From the NCBI GenBank assembly GCA_963764715.1, contig CAVXTP010000015.1, positions 1 through 64,000 on the forward strand: a stretch of DNA of 64,000 bases, in the 5' to 3' direction. Numbering within the stretch: the first letter of the stretch is position 1; the number at the start of each line of letters is the position of its first letter. The position numbers and the translations under genes were made by a program. The DNA comes from an uncultured Acidobacteriota bacterium (GTDB lineage Bacteria; Acidobacteriota; Thermoanaerobaculia; UBA5066; Gp7-AA6). Below are positions 42,097 through 52,337 of this stretch, piece by piece. The notes beneath the pieces were generated by a model that was given only the letters and a program-made list of their open reading frames with translations, did not search any database and was not told the DNA's origin.

Positions 42097-45000
42097 TTAG
42101 GGGCCGTAGAGAAGCAGGCCGAACGTCCTCGTCAGGAAGACCGCCATCTGCCCGCGGTTGTTGAGATTCGTCGGGCAGTAGAGGAGCGGGCTCGCCGAAC
42201 AGCCTCCCGTCACGGCCTCCGCGTAGAGCTGCTCCACCCAGTCGGCGAAGGTGCTCGGGCAGAGGACGTCGCCGAAGATCCCCGCGCAGGCCGGCGGAGA
42301 GTAGCCCGCCGGATGTTCCGCCTTGAGGAGAAAGACGGCCATCTGCTGGCGCGTCACGGCGTCGCCCGGGCAGTAGTTGCCGCCGCCGCAGCCGGCCGTG
42401 ACTCCCTCGACCGAGAGCTGCTCGATCCAGTCGGCGAAGGGCGAGGGGCACGGGACGTCGCCGAACACCCCCGCGCAGGCGGGAGGCGTGTAGGACGGGC
42501 CGTGCTTGGCCTTCAGCAGGAAGACGGCCATCTGATCCCGACGAACGGGACTCGACGGGCAATAGTTCCCACTCCCGCAGCCGTTCGTGACGCCGTTGTG
42601 GAAGATCCCCTCGATGAAGGAATAGAACGGGCTCGCCGGCGGAGCGTCGGCGAAGCTCCCGCCGACGTGCAGCGTCCAGGTCTTCGTCAGCCCCGTGGTG
42701 AGGGCTTCGTCGAACGTCGCGTCCCAGTGGCTCGCGGGCCTTGCGCCCGTCACCGACAGGACGTAGCAGTCGTGCGCGGCGGTCGCGCCGTAGCAGTCGG
42801 CCGTCATGCCGGGCGGGATCGTGGCGTAGTCGGCCGTGGCGTCGCCGATCGAATAGACGGGCCCCGCCGGGCCGGCAAAGCCCGACGCCGTCGCGGTGAA
42901 GGTCACCGGGGCGAGGAGCGTGTCCTTCCACGCGGGCTCGACCACGACCGACTCGCCGGACTCGAGCACACCGTTCCGGTTCGAGGTCGTTCCGGTGCCG
43001 TGGGCGTCGACTCGCATCGGCTGCGGCGCGCGCAGCTCCCCCCGCCGCGCGAATACGCCCGAAGCCGAGCCGTCCTGGCTGTAGTCCGTCCAGGCGACGA
43101 CGAAACGCCCGGCGTCGTTCAACGAGACCTCCGGACGTGCCTGCCCGCCCGCCGTGTACTCGTTCAACTGGAGCTCGGTTCCCACGGGACGCCCGGCGGA
43201 GTCGTAGTGCCGACCGAACACGCCGTAGCCCGAACCGTCCTCGAGCAGGCTCGTCCAGGCGACGACGAAGGTGCCCGAGGAGCTCATCGCGAGCCGGGGC
43301 CGGAGCTGGTCGTCGGCCGTCACGACGTTGATCGCGAAGCCGTCGTCGAGCGGGAGGCCGGCGGCATCGAAGCGGCGCCCGAAGATCCCGCTCCCTGAGC
43401 CGTCCTCGGAGCCGCTCGCCCAGGCGACGACGAACCGGCCGGCGGCGTCCATGCCGATGCTCGGATCGAGCTGCGCCCCGGTGGTGAACGCATTGACGGG
43501 GAACTCGCCGCCGATCGGCGATCCCGTGTCGTCGAACCGCTGCCCGGACACTCCCTCGAGCGACCCGTCCTCGGCGCTCGACCAGGCCGCGCTGAAGTTC
43601 CCCGAGGCGTTCATCGCCACTCCCGGCGGGCCGCCGGCGGCGGTCGACGTGCTGACGGTGATCTCGCCGCCCTGCGGTACCCCCAGCGGATCGAAGCGGC
43701 GCCCGACGACGCCCCGCGTCATGCCGAGCCCGTCGAAGGCCTGCCACACGACGACGAAGTCGCCGGCCCCGTTCCGGGCGACCTTCGGGAACGCCTCCAT
43801 CCCCGAGGTCGCGGTGCTGACCGGGAACTCGCCACCCTGCGGCGCACCCGCCGCGTTGAAGCGCCTCCCGACGATGCCGTCGCCGACCCAGGCCACGATG
43901 AAGTTTCCGAGACCGTCGACGCCGACGCTCGGATCGAGCTCGTTGCCGCCCGTAACGGGGTTGACCTGGAACTCGCCGCCGAGCGGGTCCCCGAAGGCGT
44001 CGTAGCGCTGGCCGAAGATGTCGCTGGCGGCTCCGAGCTGGCCGTTCGACCGCCAGACGATGACGTAGCGCCCTTCGGTATCCACGGCGACGCTCGGCGA
44101 ATACTGGTTGCCGGTCGTGTAGGTGTTGGCCTGGAACTCCGGACCCAGGGCGGGAATCAGGGCCTGCACCGTGAAGGCGATCGAGACGCAGGGCGAAAAC
44201 TGGGACGTCCGCTCGTAAGGATCGGTCGCCGTCGCCGTCAGCACGCCGGGAGCGCTCGCCGGCAGAGCGGCGGTGAACGTGCCGAGCCCCGTTCCGTCGG
44301 TCGTCACGGTGGCCGCGCCCAGGAAGATCTGGCCTTCGCCGCCTCCCGACGGGTCGCACGCCGGGCTCGCGAAGAACTCGATCCGGTAGGCGGCGTCGGC
44401 CGCACCCTGGAGGGATCCGCCGGCGAAGGTGCGAACCCCGTCGGACTCCGCGGACGAGAGCGCGGGAACGGGGCCGCCGGACTCGAGCCAGATGCCCAGC
44501 CCGCCGTTCGACCAGATGCTGTTCTGGGAAATCCGGGTTCCCGCCGACGGAGGGGCCGGAGGGGTGCTCACGAGGACACCGTCGCCGCCGTTGAAGGCGA
44601 CGACGTTCCCGACGACGACGGCGGACTGCACGACGGAGTCCACCACGATGCCCGGCCCGGTGTTGGGGATCGGGAGCGATCCCGTCGCGGTCGGTGCCGA
44701 CGAGGTTGCCCGCCACGACGTTGCCGGCGCCACCCACGTAGATCCCGAGGCCCTCGACGATCGTGCCGTTGCCCGAGACGAGATTCCCCTCGCCCGGACC
44801 GGTGCCGCCGATCAGGTTGCCGGCGCTCTCGACCAGAATGCCGCCGTTGTACATCGATCCCAGGGACGCCGTGCCCTGAGCGTTCGTGCCGACGTAGTTG
44901 CCCTGCACGACGTTGGAACCGAGCCCCGAGACGTACAGGACGCCCAGGTCGCCGCTGACGATCACGTTGCGGCTGGCGGGGTCGGGGCCTCCGACGACGT

Positions 45001-45586
45001 TGCCGCTGCCGCCGACCTCGAGGCCGGCCCGCGCGGGCGCGGCGATCATCCCCGTCGGGTCGGTTCCGATGAAGTTTCCCGCGATGGTGTTCGCGGAGCC
45101 ATAGAAGGCGATACAGGCCTCGATCCCGTAGCGGTTGACGACGAGCCCGCGGACCGTGTTGTTGTCCGAGAACGCGGTGATGAGGCCGGCGAAGCCCGAC
45201 GGGATGTCGGAGCCATCGACCTCGACGAGAAGGTGGGCGTCGTTGCCGCGGGCGAGGGTGTTCGGCGTCGCGCCCGGCTGCGTGTAGCCGTCGATGACGA
45301 CTCCGGCGTTGTCATCCAGAGAGGGAAGGTTCGACGTCGGCCGGATCGTGCGGACCCCGGCGCCCGAAAGGTTGAAGTGGATCGCGTCGGCACCGGGATG
45401 GACGTTGGCGTAGGTGATTGCGTCGCGCAGCGTGCAGGTCCCCGTGCCGCTCGTCGCGCAACCCGGACTGTGCAGCGCATCGCCGGCGTCGTTGACCACG
45501 ACGGTGGCGGCGTTCAGCGTTCGTCCGCCCAGCGACAGCGCCAGGGCCGCCCGGAACAGGACAGGACCCATTCGCCGTACGATCAT
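42097..45586 (-). CDS. Large secreted protein: beta-helix N-terminus, repeat region and C-terminal SLH-like repeats; frameshift near 44670
   Basis: CTLRDAI..AN, GNxIGT repeats, EFQVN/FVVAW repeats, three GVTxGC...RxQMAVFL repeats. Confidence 0.85.
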
Positions 45587-45644
45587 TCGCGGCCCTCTTC
45601 GTCGGTGTTTGCCGCGGCCATCATACGCGGCCTGAGCCGATCGG

Positions 45645-47681
45645 TCAGGGGTTCGTTTCGCGGCGCCGGTACTCCTCGAGGCTCTTCCGGTCGGTGACGT
45701 CGCGACAGACCGCCAGGGCGGCGAGCGTGCGGCCGAAGTCGTCGTAGAGCGGCACGATCGTCGTGTCGACCACGCCGGCGGTGCCGTCCTTGCGGACGAA
45801 CCGCATCTCCCCGCTCCAGCGACCGTCGCGGCGCATCGTCCCGAGAAGCTCCCGGGCCGTGGTCGTCACGTCCGCCGGCCGCAGCACGTCGGGGGTCTTG
45901 CCGAGCATCTCGTCCTGCACATACCCGAACATCTTCTCGGCGCCCGGGTTCCAGTCGACGATCCGCGCCTCGAGGTCCATCGTGATGACGGCGTCGGAGA
46001 TGTGGTCGAACGCGCGCGCGTGCCGGCGGATCGTGTCTTCCATCAGGCGCAGCCGCGTCACGTCGTGGAAGCTCCACACGCGTCCGACCGTCTTTCCCCC
46101 GATCTTCTGGGGCGAGGAGTAGCGTTCGAACATCCGGCCGTCCTTGAACTCCAGCCAGTCGTAGCTCTTGGCCTCGGGCTCGTCGTAGAGCTCGCGGACC
46201 TTCTTGACGAAGCGGTCCGGATCGCGGAGCTGATCGACCACGAACTCGATCGCGCGGGTGTCGTCGCGCGAGGCGATCACGTCGGCCGGGAGTCGCCACA
46301 TGTCGACGAACTTCTTGTTGAAGCTGACGATCCGGCCTTCCCGGTCGACGACCAGGATCCCGTCGGCCGTCGCCTCGAGCGTGGCCTTCAGCAGCGAGAG
46401 CGTCTCCTCGATCTCCTCCCCCCGTTGCGTGCGGTCGGTGACGTCCCGGAAGCTCCAGACGCGGCCGACGGTCCGGCCGTCGACGACCTGGGGCAGCGAG
46501 TCGCGCTCGATCAGGCGGCCGTCGGAGAGCTCGACGACGTCGTGGCTCGCGGCGGAGGGCTGCGCGTAGACGGTCATGACCTTCTTGACGAAAGCGGCGG
46601 GGTCGCGCAGCTTCCCGAGGACGAAGGCGAGCGCCTGGTTCTCGTCGCGGCTCGCGGCGACGTCTTCCGGGATGCCCCACATCTCCACGAAGCGCCGGTT
46701 GAAGTGCACCATCCGGCCGTTGGCGTCGACGACGAGGATGCCGTCGGCCGTCGCGTCCACGGTCGCCTTCAGGAGCGCGACCGAGCGTTCCAGCTCCGCC
46801 TGCGCCGCCTTGTGCTCGGTGACGTCGAACGCGACGCCCACGACGCCCCGGATGCCTCCGTCGGTGTCGTGCTGCGGCTCGACGTGCGACTGGAAGGCCC
46901 GCCCGTTCCACTCGATCTCGTAGGTCACCGACTCGCCCGCGAGCGCTCGCCGGTGGGCGGCGATCGGCAGGAACTCCGGGTCGGTCGTCTTGAAGTAGGC
47001 GAAGAGGCTCATCCCCAGAATGTCGTCCGGAACGCCGAGCGCCTTGCGGCCGGCGCCCATGCTCGCCGTGAAGCGCAGTTCGCGGTCGGTCGTCCAGAAG
47101 ACGCCCGGAAGCTCCGACGCCACGACCCGCAGGGCCTCCTCGCGACCGTAGATGACCTCGCCGGCCTCGGCGCGCTCGGCCTCCATGGTCCGCCGCAGCT
47201 CGAGCTGGGCCACCACTTGCCGCGAGAGTGCGCGCAGGGCGCCGGCCTGCGCGTCCGAGAGCGTGCGGGGGCGGCGGTCCATCACGCACAGCGTGCCGAT
47301 CGCATGGCCCTCCGGGCTCACGAGCGGCGCGCCAGCGTAGAAGCGGATTCCGTCGTCCTTGACGAGGGGATTGCCCGCGAAGCGCGGGTCCACGGAGGCG
47401 TCGGGGACGACGAAGAGCTCGTGGCCCAGGATCGCGTGCGCGCAGAAGGCGATCTCGCGCGGCGTCTCGGTTCGGTCGAAGTTGACCCGGGACTTGAACC
47501 ACTGCCGCGTGCCGTCGACGAGGGACACGAGCGCCACCGGCGTTCCGCAGATCTGCGACGCGAGCAGGGCCAGGTCGTCGAACGCGGCCTCGCCCGGAGT
47601 ATCGAGCACGCCGTAGCGCTCGAGGGCCGCGAGCCTCTCGGGCTCGGTCTCGGGAAGCGGCGCCTTCAGGACCTGGGTCAT
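45645..47681 (-). CDS. GAF plus four PAS sensor protein without output domain
   Basis: RLAAL..YGVLDT, FCAHAI and IRFYAGAPL (GAF); repeated ATADGILVVD...GRVWSFxDVT. Ends shortly after the last PAS. Confidence 0.88.
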   Translation of the reverse strand: MTQVLKAPLPETEPERLAALERYGVLDTPGEAAFDDLALLASQICGTPVALVSLVDGTRQWFKSRVNFDRTETPREIAFCAHAILGHELFVVPDASVDPRFAGNPLVKDDGIRFYAGAPLVSPEGHAIGTLCVMDRRPRTLSDAQAGALRALSRQVVAQLELRRTMEAERAEAGEVIYGREEALRVVASELPGVFWTTDRELRFTASMGAGRKALGVPDDILGMSLFAYFKTTDPEFLPIAAHRRALAGESVTYEIEWNGRAFQSHVEPQHDTDGGIRGVVGVAFDVTEHKAAQAELERSVALLKATVDATADGILVVDANGRMVHFNRRFVEMWGIPEDVAASRDENQALAFVLGKLRDPAAFVKKVMTVYAQPSAASHDVVELSDGRLIERDSLPQVVDGRTVGRVWSFRDVTDRTQRGEEIEETLSLLKATLEATADGILVVDREGRIVSFNKKFVDMWRLPADVIASRDDTRAIEFVVDQLRDPDRFVKKVRELYDEPEAKSYDWLEFKDGRMFERYSSPQKIGGKTVGRVWSFHDVTRLRLMEDTIRRHARAFDHISDAVITMDLEARIVDWNPGAEKMFGYVQDEMLGKTPDVLRPADVTTTARELLGTMRRDGRWSGEMRFVRKDGTAGVVDTTIVPLYDDFGRTLAALAVCRDVTDRKSLEEYRRRETNP

Positions 47682-47714
47682 CTTGTGCTCGGTGGAGAGG
47701 GAGGCGATCATAAA

Positions 47715-47784
47715 GCAGATTGCGGGCGGCAGACGGCGGACCGCGGAGGGCCACCGCTTACTGCTTACTGCTTATTGCTTACCG
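47715..47784. repeat. Opposed heptamer tandem repeats
   Basis: GCAGATT GCGGGCG GCAGACG GCGGACC GCGGAGG, then ACCGCTT ACTGCTT ACTGCTT ATTGCTT. Confidence 0.7.
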
Positions 47785-49621
47785 GCACCAAGGGCTTCCC
47801 GATCGCCGACAACAGGTCGGGCCGGGACGACTCCCGGACGAGCACCGGATACCGCTCTCCCCGGTGGTAGTCGGCCCGGCACACCTTGTACACGTCGGCG
47901 TTTTCCACGAGGAGCTCGATCGGCTCGGTCCCGCTCTTCGCGAGTCGCAGGGCGTCCCGCAGCCGGCGGCTGGTGTATCGGCGGCCCTCGACGGCGAGGA
48001 GCTTCATCCCGGCGCCCACGCCGGCCTGCGCCGCGGGCATCCCGGGAACGACGTCCGTGATGAGGCCGGGGCCGGCCGTGCCGTCCCCCTGCACCATGAT
48101 CCCGAGCGACTGCCAGAAATCGTAAGTCTCGGTCTCGTCCTCCTCGGCGAGGACCAGGGCCGGCGGCACGTCGGTGAAGCCCAGCTTCCAGCCGGCGTTC
48201 TCGAGGCCGCCCATCGGCGCGCGGGGCGCCACGTCGTACACGCGCTCGCGGAAGAATCCGGCCCAGTCGTTGGGCCAGACGGAGTTCAAGGCGGCATAGA
48301 CGTCTTCGGCCGTATAGGTTCGGACGTCCGACGCGCCGCCCGGCCCGCCGTGAAACGCCCGCACGAAGTCGTCGAGTGACTTCTTCCCTCCCGACTTGGA
48401 GCGGATCAGGACGTCGGCTTCGAGCCACACGAGCGCGCCCTCGGAGTAGAAATCCACGCCGCGCCGCCAGGAGGCGCCGTCGGGACGCCCGTCGTAAAGC
48501 AGCTGTGCGGCGACGGCCGTGTCGGCGAGCGGGCGCCACGCGCGCCCGGTCTGGCGGTCCATCCGCGCCGCGAAGAGGGCGAGCGCTTCCCGGAACTGAG
48601 CCGGCGTGCGCAGGCCGGACCGGGCGCCGAGCACCTCCCCGTAGTACTCCGTCAGGCCTTCGTAGACCCACAGCAGCTCGCTGTCGACCGGCGCCTGGTA
48701 GTCGTCGGTGACGCCCGAGACGAGGCCCGCCGGCGAGCGGAACTTTCCGTTCCAGGAATGAACGTACTCGTGGGACAGGAGCGTTCCGAGGTAGCGGCGG
48801 GCCGACTCGTCGATGAGCGCGCGCTCCGCCGCCCGGTTGTCGCTCGACTCGTGGTGCTCGAGGCCGTTGGAGGGAAAGAGGTCGGTCAGGGCGAGCAGAA
48901 GGTGATAGCTGCGATAGTGGCGCGTGCCGAAGAGCGCCTGCGCCTCGGCCACCAGGCGCCGGTAGTGCGCGACGTCCTCGTCCGGGATCGCGATCGATGC
49001 CGCGCCGTCGCCGGCGACGTCGAGGAAGTGACCGACCTTCTCGCCGGGCGAGAGGTCGATCGACCGGAAGTACTGGCCGACGAGGACGGGCGAGTCGATC
49101 AGCGTCACGAGCGAGGCGGGCGCGAAACTGACCGTGTCGCCCGCGGCCCGCTCGACGGGGAGCGCCGTGCCGAACTTCCAGCCCGCGGGAAGCGTCAGGG
49201 TCGGCCGGAACGTCGTGGCGTTCGCCGCGGGCCCCCGCGGGTACAGCATCACCGACCACCAGTTGACGTAACCGACGCGGGCGGTCGCCGTCGTGTACGC
49301 CGAGAGAGACGCGAGATAGTCGAAGGACACCTCGAGCGTCGAGACGTCCCCCGGCACCACGAGCTCGAAGTTCCACATCTCCTTCGGAGAACGCTTCCAG
49401 GGGACCGGCCGGCCCGCCGCGGTGATGGCGAGGCCCGTGAGGTCGGTGATCGGACCCGCCGCGGAGTGCTCGCCCGGAATCCACTTCGGATAGGCGAGCG
49501 TCAGGGGTCCCGGCGTGACCGGGATCGTCTCGCGCACCCGGAAGATCCGCCGCGGCGCGTCGCTCGCGTCGACCGAGAGCGCGATCGGCTGAGCGATCGA
49601 CCCGGCCGCCGCCACGAGCAT
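47765..49621 (-). CDS. M61 family glycyl aminopeptidase with PDZ domain (start uncertain)
   Basis: YPKWIPGEH, GLEH, HEYVH zinc motif, LWVYEGLT, PDZ-like C-terminus. Confidence 0.92.
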   Translation of the reverse strand: MLVAAAGSIAQPIALSVDASDAPRRIFRVRETIPVTPGPLTLAYPKWIPGEHSAAGPITDLTGLAITAAGRPVPWKRSPKEMWNFELVVPGDVSTLEVSFDYLASLSAYTTATARVGYVNWWSVMLYPRGPAANATTFRPTLTLPAGWKFGTALPVERAAGDTVSFAPASLVTLIDSPVLVGQYFRSIDLSPGEKVGHFLDVAGDGAASIAIPDEDVAHYRRLVAEAQALFGTRHYRSYHLLLALTDLFPSNGLEHHESSDNRAAERALIDESARRYLGTLLSHEYVHSWNGKFRSPAGLVSGVTDDYQAPVDSELLWVYEGLTEYYGEVLGARSGLRTPAQFREALALFAARMDRQTGRAWRPLADTAVAAQLLYDGRPDGASWRRGVDFYSEGALVWLEADVLIRSKSGGKKSLDDFVRAFHGGPGGASDVRTYTAEDVYAALNSVWPNDWAGFFRERVYDVAPRAPMGGLENAGWKLGFTDVPPALVLAEEDETETYDFWQSLGIMVQGDGTAGPGLITDVVPGMPAAQAGVGAGMKLLAVEGRRYTSRRLRDALRLAKSGTEPIELLVENADVYKVCRADYHRGERYPVLVRESSRPDLLSAIGKPLVPVSNKQ

Positions 49622-49629
49622 CAAGGCCA

Positions 49630-49882
49630 GGGTCAGCCCTGAAAGAATGAACTTTGGCCGTAACCCACTGGATGATCTGACTTTGCGGGCGACAACCGGG
49701 GTAACCGGCTGGCCCAGCCAGGGGGAGCTTCCCTCCCCGTCCACTGGCGGGAAAACCGCCGTTCGTCGGCTAACCTCTGTTGCGACAAGAGCTTCGTTAT
49801 CGATGGTTCCTGTCTCCCGGGCGACCCAATCTTTCAGACTTTCAGGGCTGACCCCAAGTTTCAGACTGTCAGGGCTGACCCC
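49630..49882. mobile_element. Inverted-repeat-bounded non-coding element (MITE/REP-like) with a hairpin-rich core
   Basis: Perfect 16-bp IR GGGTCAGCCCTGAAAG (49630-49645) / CTTTCAGGGCTGACCC (49839-49854). The right end is duplicated with a 27-bp period. Confidence 0.6.
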
Positions 49883-49886
49883 GGGC

Positions 49887-51170
49887 TTATTCATTGACGC
49901 TCCTGTCGGTCCAGTCGTCAGCGGCCTCGGGCGAGGGGTAGGCGCGCGTCAGGATCGGGGTCGTGATGACGGTGGTGAACAGGGCCATCGCCACGAGCCA
50001 GAAGAAGGCCGCCGGAGGGATCACGCCCATGTCGGCGCCGATGTTGATGACGACGAGCGCCATCAGCGCCCGCGTATTCATGAGGAGGCCGATCGCGAGC
50101 GACTCTTTCCACGGCAGGCCGGAGCCGCGCGCGGCGAGCGCGGTCGCGCCGAATTTCGACGCGCAGGAGACCGCGATGACCGCCGCGAGCGCCAGCCACA
50201 GGCGCGGATCCGACCCGAGCGAGCCGATGTCCGTGCGCAGTCCCGAGAACACGAAGAAGATCGGCAGGAAGAGCACCGACACGAGGTCCCCGATCGAGTG
50301 GCGCACCGCCTCCGTCAGCTCCCGGTTGAACGAGCCCGCGATGCCGCAGAGGAACCCGCCGAAGATCGAGAAGACGCCGAGCGCGTTCGTCACCGTTGCG
50401 GAGAGGAAGACGACCACGAGGACGGCCGCGAGCTGGCCCGCCGACAGTCCGCCCGTGGGCGTGCGCCGCACCCTCAGCCTCGCCATGCCGTAGCGGCCGA
50501 CCGCCCAGAACGCGACGGAAAGCACCGTCACGCCGGCGAACGACCGGGCGAGCGACGCGAGGTCCGCCTTCCCGTGCGTGACCATCGAGACGACGGCGCC
50601 GAGCAGGATCCACCCCAGCACGTCGTCGATCGCCGCGGCGGTGATCGAGGTCAGGCCCATCCGCGTTCGCGTCAGGCGCGTATGGATCAGGATCCGCCCC
50701 ATGATCGGGATCGCCGTGATCGATACGGCCGTCGCGAAGAAGAGGCGGTACGCGAGCTCCGGCGCAGCGACCGGCGCGATCCGGTAGAGCCAGCCCGCCA
50801 GCGCGTAGCTCGAGGCGAAGGGCACGGCGATGCCGGCCATCGCGACCGCCGTCGAGGCGCGGGCCGCGTGCTTCAGGCGCTCGAACGGGAACTCGAGGCC
50901 GATCAGGAACATCAGGAGCACGAGGCCGATCTGCGCGATCGCCGACAGGACCGACGACGCCTTCGGCGTCAGCATCGTCGCGATCGCGGCCGGATAGAGC
51001 CGGCCGAGGAGCGAGGGCCCGAGGATGACGCCCGCGAGGATCTCGCCGACGACGGGCGGCTGACCGACCTTCCCGAAGAGCCAGCCCGACACGCGGGCGG
51101 CGCCGATGATGATGGCGAGGTCCGCGCAGAGCAGAAGCAGGGTCTGTTCGAGCGCCAGATACGAGTCCAC
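49887..51170 (-). CDS. Cation:proton antiporter (CPA2 family)
   Basis: QPPVVGEILAGVILGPS, AAAIDDVLGW, FLPIFF and MNTRALM motifs. Confidence 0.93.
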   Translation of the reverse strand: MDSYLALEQTLLLLCADLAIIIGAARVSGWLFGKVGQPPVVGEILAGVILGPSLLGRLYPAAIATMLTPKASSVLSAIAQIGLVLLMFLIGLEFPFERLKHAARASTAVAMAGIAVPFASSYALAGWLYRIAPVAAPELAYRLFFATAVSITAIPIMGRILIHTRLTRTRMGLTSITAAAIDDVLGWILLGAVVSMVTHGKADLASLARSFAGVTVLSVAFWAVGRYGMARLRVRRTPTGGLSAGQLAAVLVVVFLSATVTNALGVFSIFGGFLCGIAGSFNRELTEAVRHSIGDLVSVLFLPIFFVFSGLRTDIGSLGSDPRLWLALAAVIAVSCASKFGATALAARGSGLPWKESLAIGLLMNTRALMALVVINIGADMGVIPPAAFFWLVAMALFTTVITTPILTRAYPSPEAADDWTDRSVNE

Positions 51171-51182
51171 GACGCTCCTGCC

Positions 51183-52337
51183 CTACGGCGCCGCGGGGGC
51201 GGGCGCCGCCGTCGCCGCGAGCCGCTCCTTGATCGACCTGGACAGGGGCACCAGCCCGCTGCCCTTCACGCTCGCAGCTTGCTCGTACGCCTCGAAGAAC
51301 GCGCGGGGCCCGCCCGCGAGCGCGGCCCGGTAGGCCTCGAGGCCCGAAGCCTGGATGATCCCGTCGGCCAGGAAGGCGCCGGCCGGTCCCGCCACCCGCG
51401 CGGCGAAGTCGGGCTTCTTGATCTCGGCGGCGACCTCCATGCGGGCGTCGAGATCCGCCTCCGCCGACAGGAGCCGGTCCGCCACGCGGTTCACGTCGTC
51501 GATCGAGGACTTCATCGGCTCGCGCAGCCACACCGACAGCGGAAAGAAATTCTCGTCGATGCTGTAGATGGCGACCGGCCCGGCGTCGGCCACGGCCAGC
51601 AGGAGCGGCTCGAGCTGGCCGAGCGTCGCATCGTGCCGGTTCCACGCGGGGCTCCCGGCGCGGTACTCGGCCCACGCGCGCTGGTACGCCTCGCTCGCCA
51701 TGAGCCGCGACAGGTGCTTGATCTGGTCGGCCGGCGTGGAGGTCTCGACGTCCGAGAGCGCCCGCGCCAGGTCCACGACGACGCCCCACTCGGCGCCGCC
51801 GGCGCCCTGCACCAGGATGTGGTCCGCCCGCCCCGGCAGGCCGAAGGTCAGGAAGAAGGGCAGCGTCACCGAGACGACGCGGTCGGCCGGAAGAAGCGCC
51901 CGGGCCCGGTCCGACGTGAGCTTCGCGAGCTCGACTTCGCGTGTCGAGATCATCGCGATCAGGTCCTCCCAGCGGGCGTTGTCCTCCCGGATCTTCCGGA
52001 AGTCGAACACCGCGATCCGCGTCTGCTCGTCGAAGGCGGCGGCGAGATCCCGCTCGAAGGTCTCGGGCGGCCGGTTGGACTCGCGGATCGCATACTCGAC
52101 CGCGGGAACGGTCTCGAGCTGCTTCGCGTCGGCCGAGGAGAACGAGGGACGGACGAGGAGCGCCAGGATCTCGCGGGCCGCGCGCATGTCGATCGTGACC
52201 CGGACGGTGCCGCTCGCGACGGGCGGCAGATCGTAGGGCGCCCGCGACGCGCCGCCCGGAGGGGCGGTGAACGGAGGCGGACCCGGGGCCGCGGCGCAGC
52301 CGGCGCAGAGCAGCACGGCGGCGACGAGCCGCTTCAT
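51183..52337 (-). CDS. Lipoprotein, possibly a DUF5700-like inactive metalloprotease homolog
   Basis: Lipobox CAGC; operon position; high-GC3 coding frame. Confidence 0.6.
   Translation of the reverse strand: MKRLVAAVLLCAGCAAAPGPPPFTAPPGGASRAPYDLPPVASGTVRVTIDMRAAREILALLVRPSFSSADAKQLETVPAVEYAIRESNRPPETFERDLAAAFDEQTRIAVFDFRKIREDNARWEDLIAMISTREVELAKLTSDRARALLPADRVVSVTLPFFLTFGLPGRADHILVQGAGGAEWGVVVDLARALSDVETSTPADQIKHLSRLMASEAYQRAWAEYRAGSPAWNRHDATLGQLEPLLLAVADAGPVAIYSIDENFFPLSVWLREPMKSSIDDVNRVADRLLSAEADLDARMEVAAEIKKPDFAARVAGPAGAFLADGIIQASGLEAYRAALAGGPRAFFEAYEQAASVKGSGLVPLSRSIKERLAATAAPAPAAP

Noticed and set aside
49715-49780. c-di-AMP (ydaO) riboswitch or HDV-like ribozyme
   Set aside because: GGGGGAG and GTCGGCTAACCTC resemble parts of these RNAs, but I could not build the remaining helices (no P1/L3 for HDV, no GAAUC elements for ydaO). 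The orientation is also opposite to the flanking genes.
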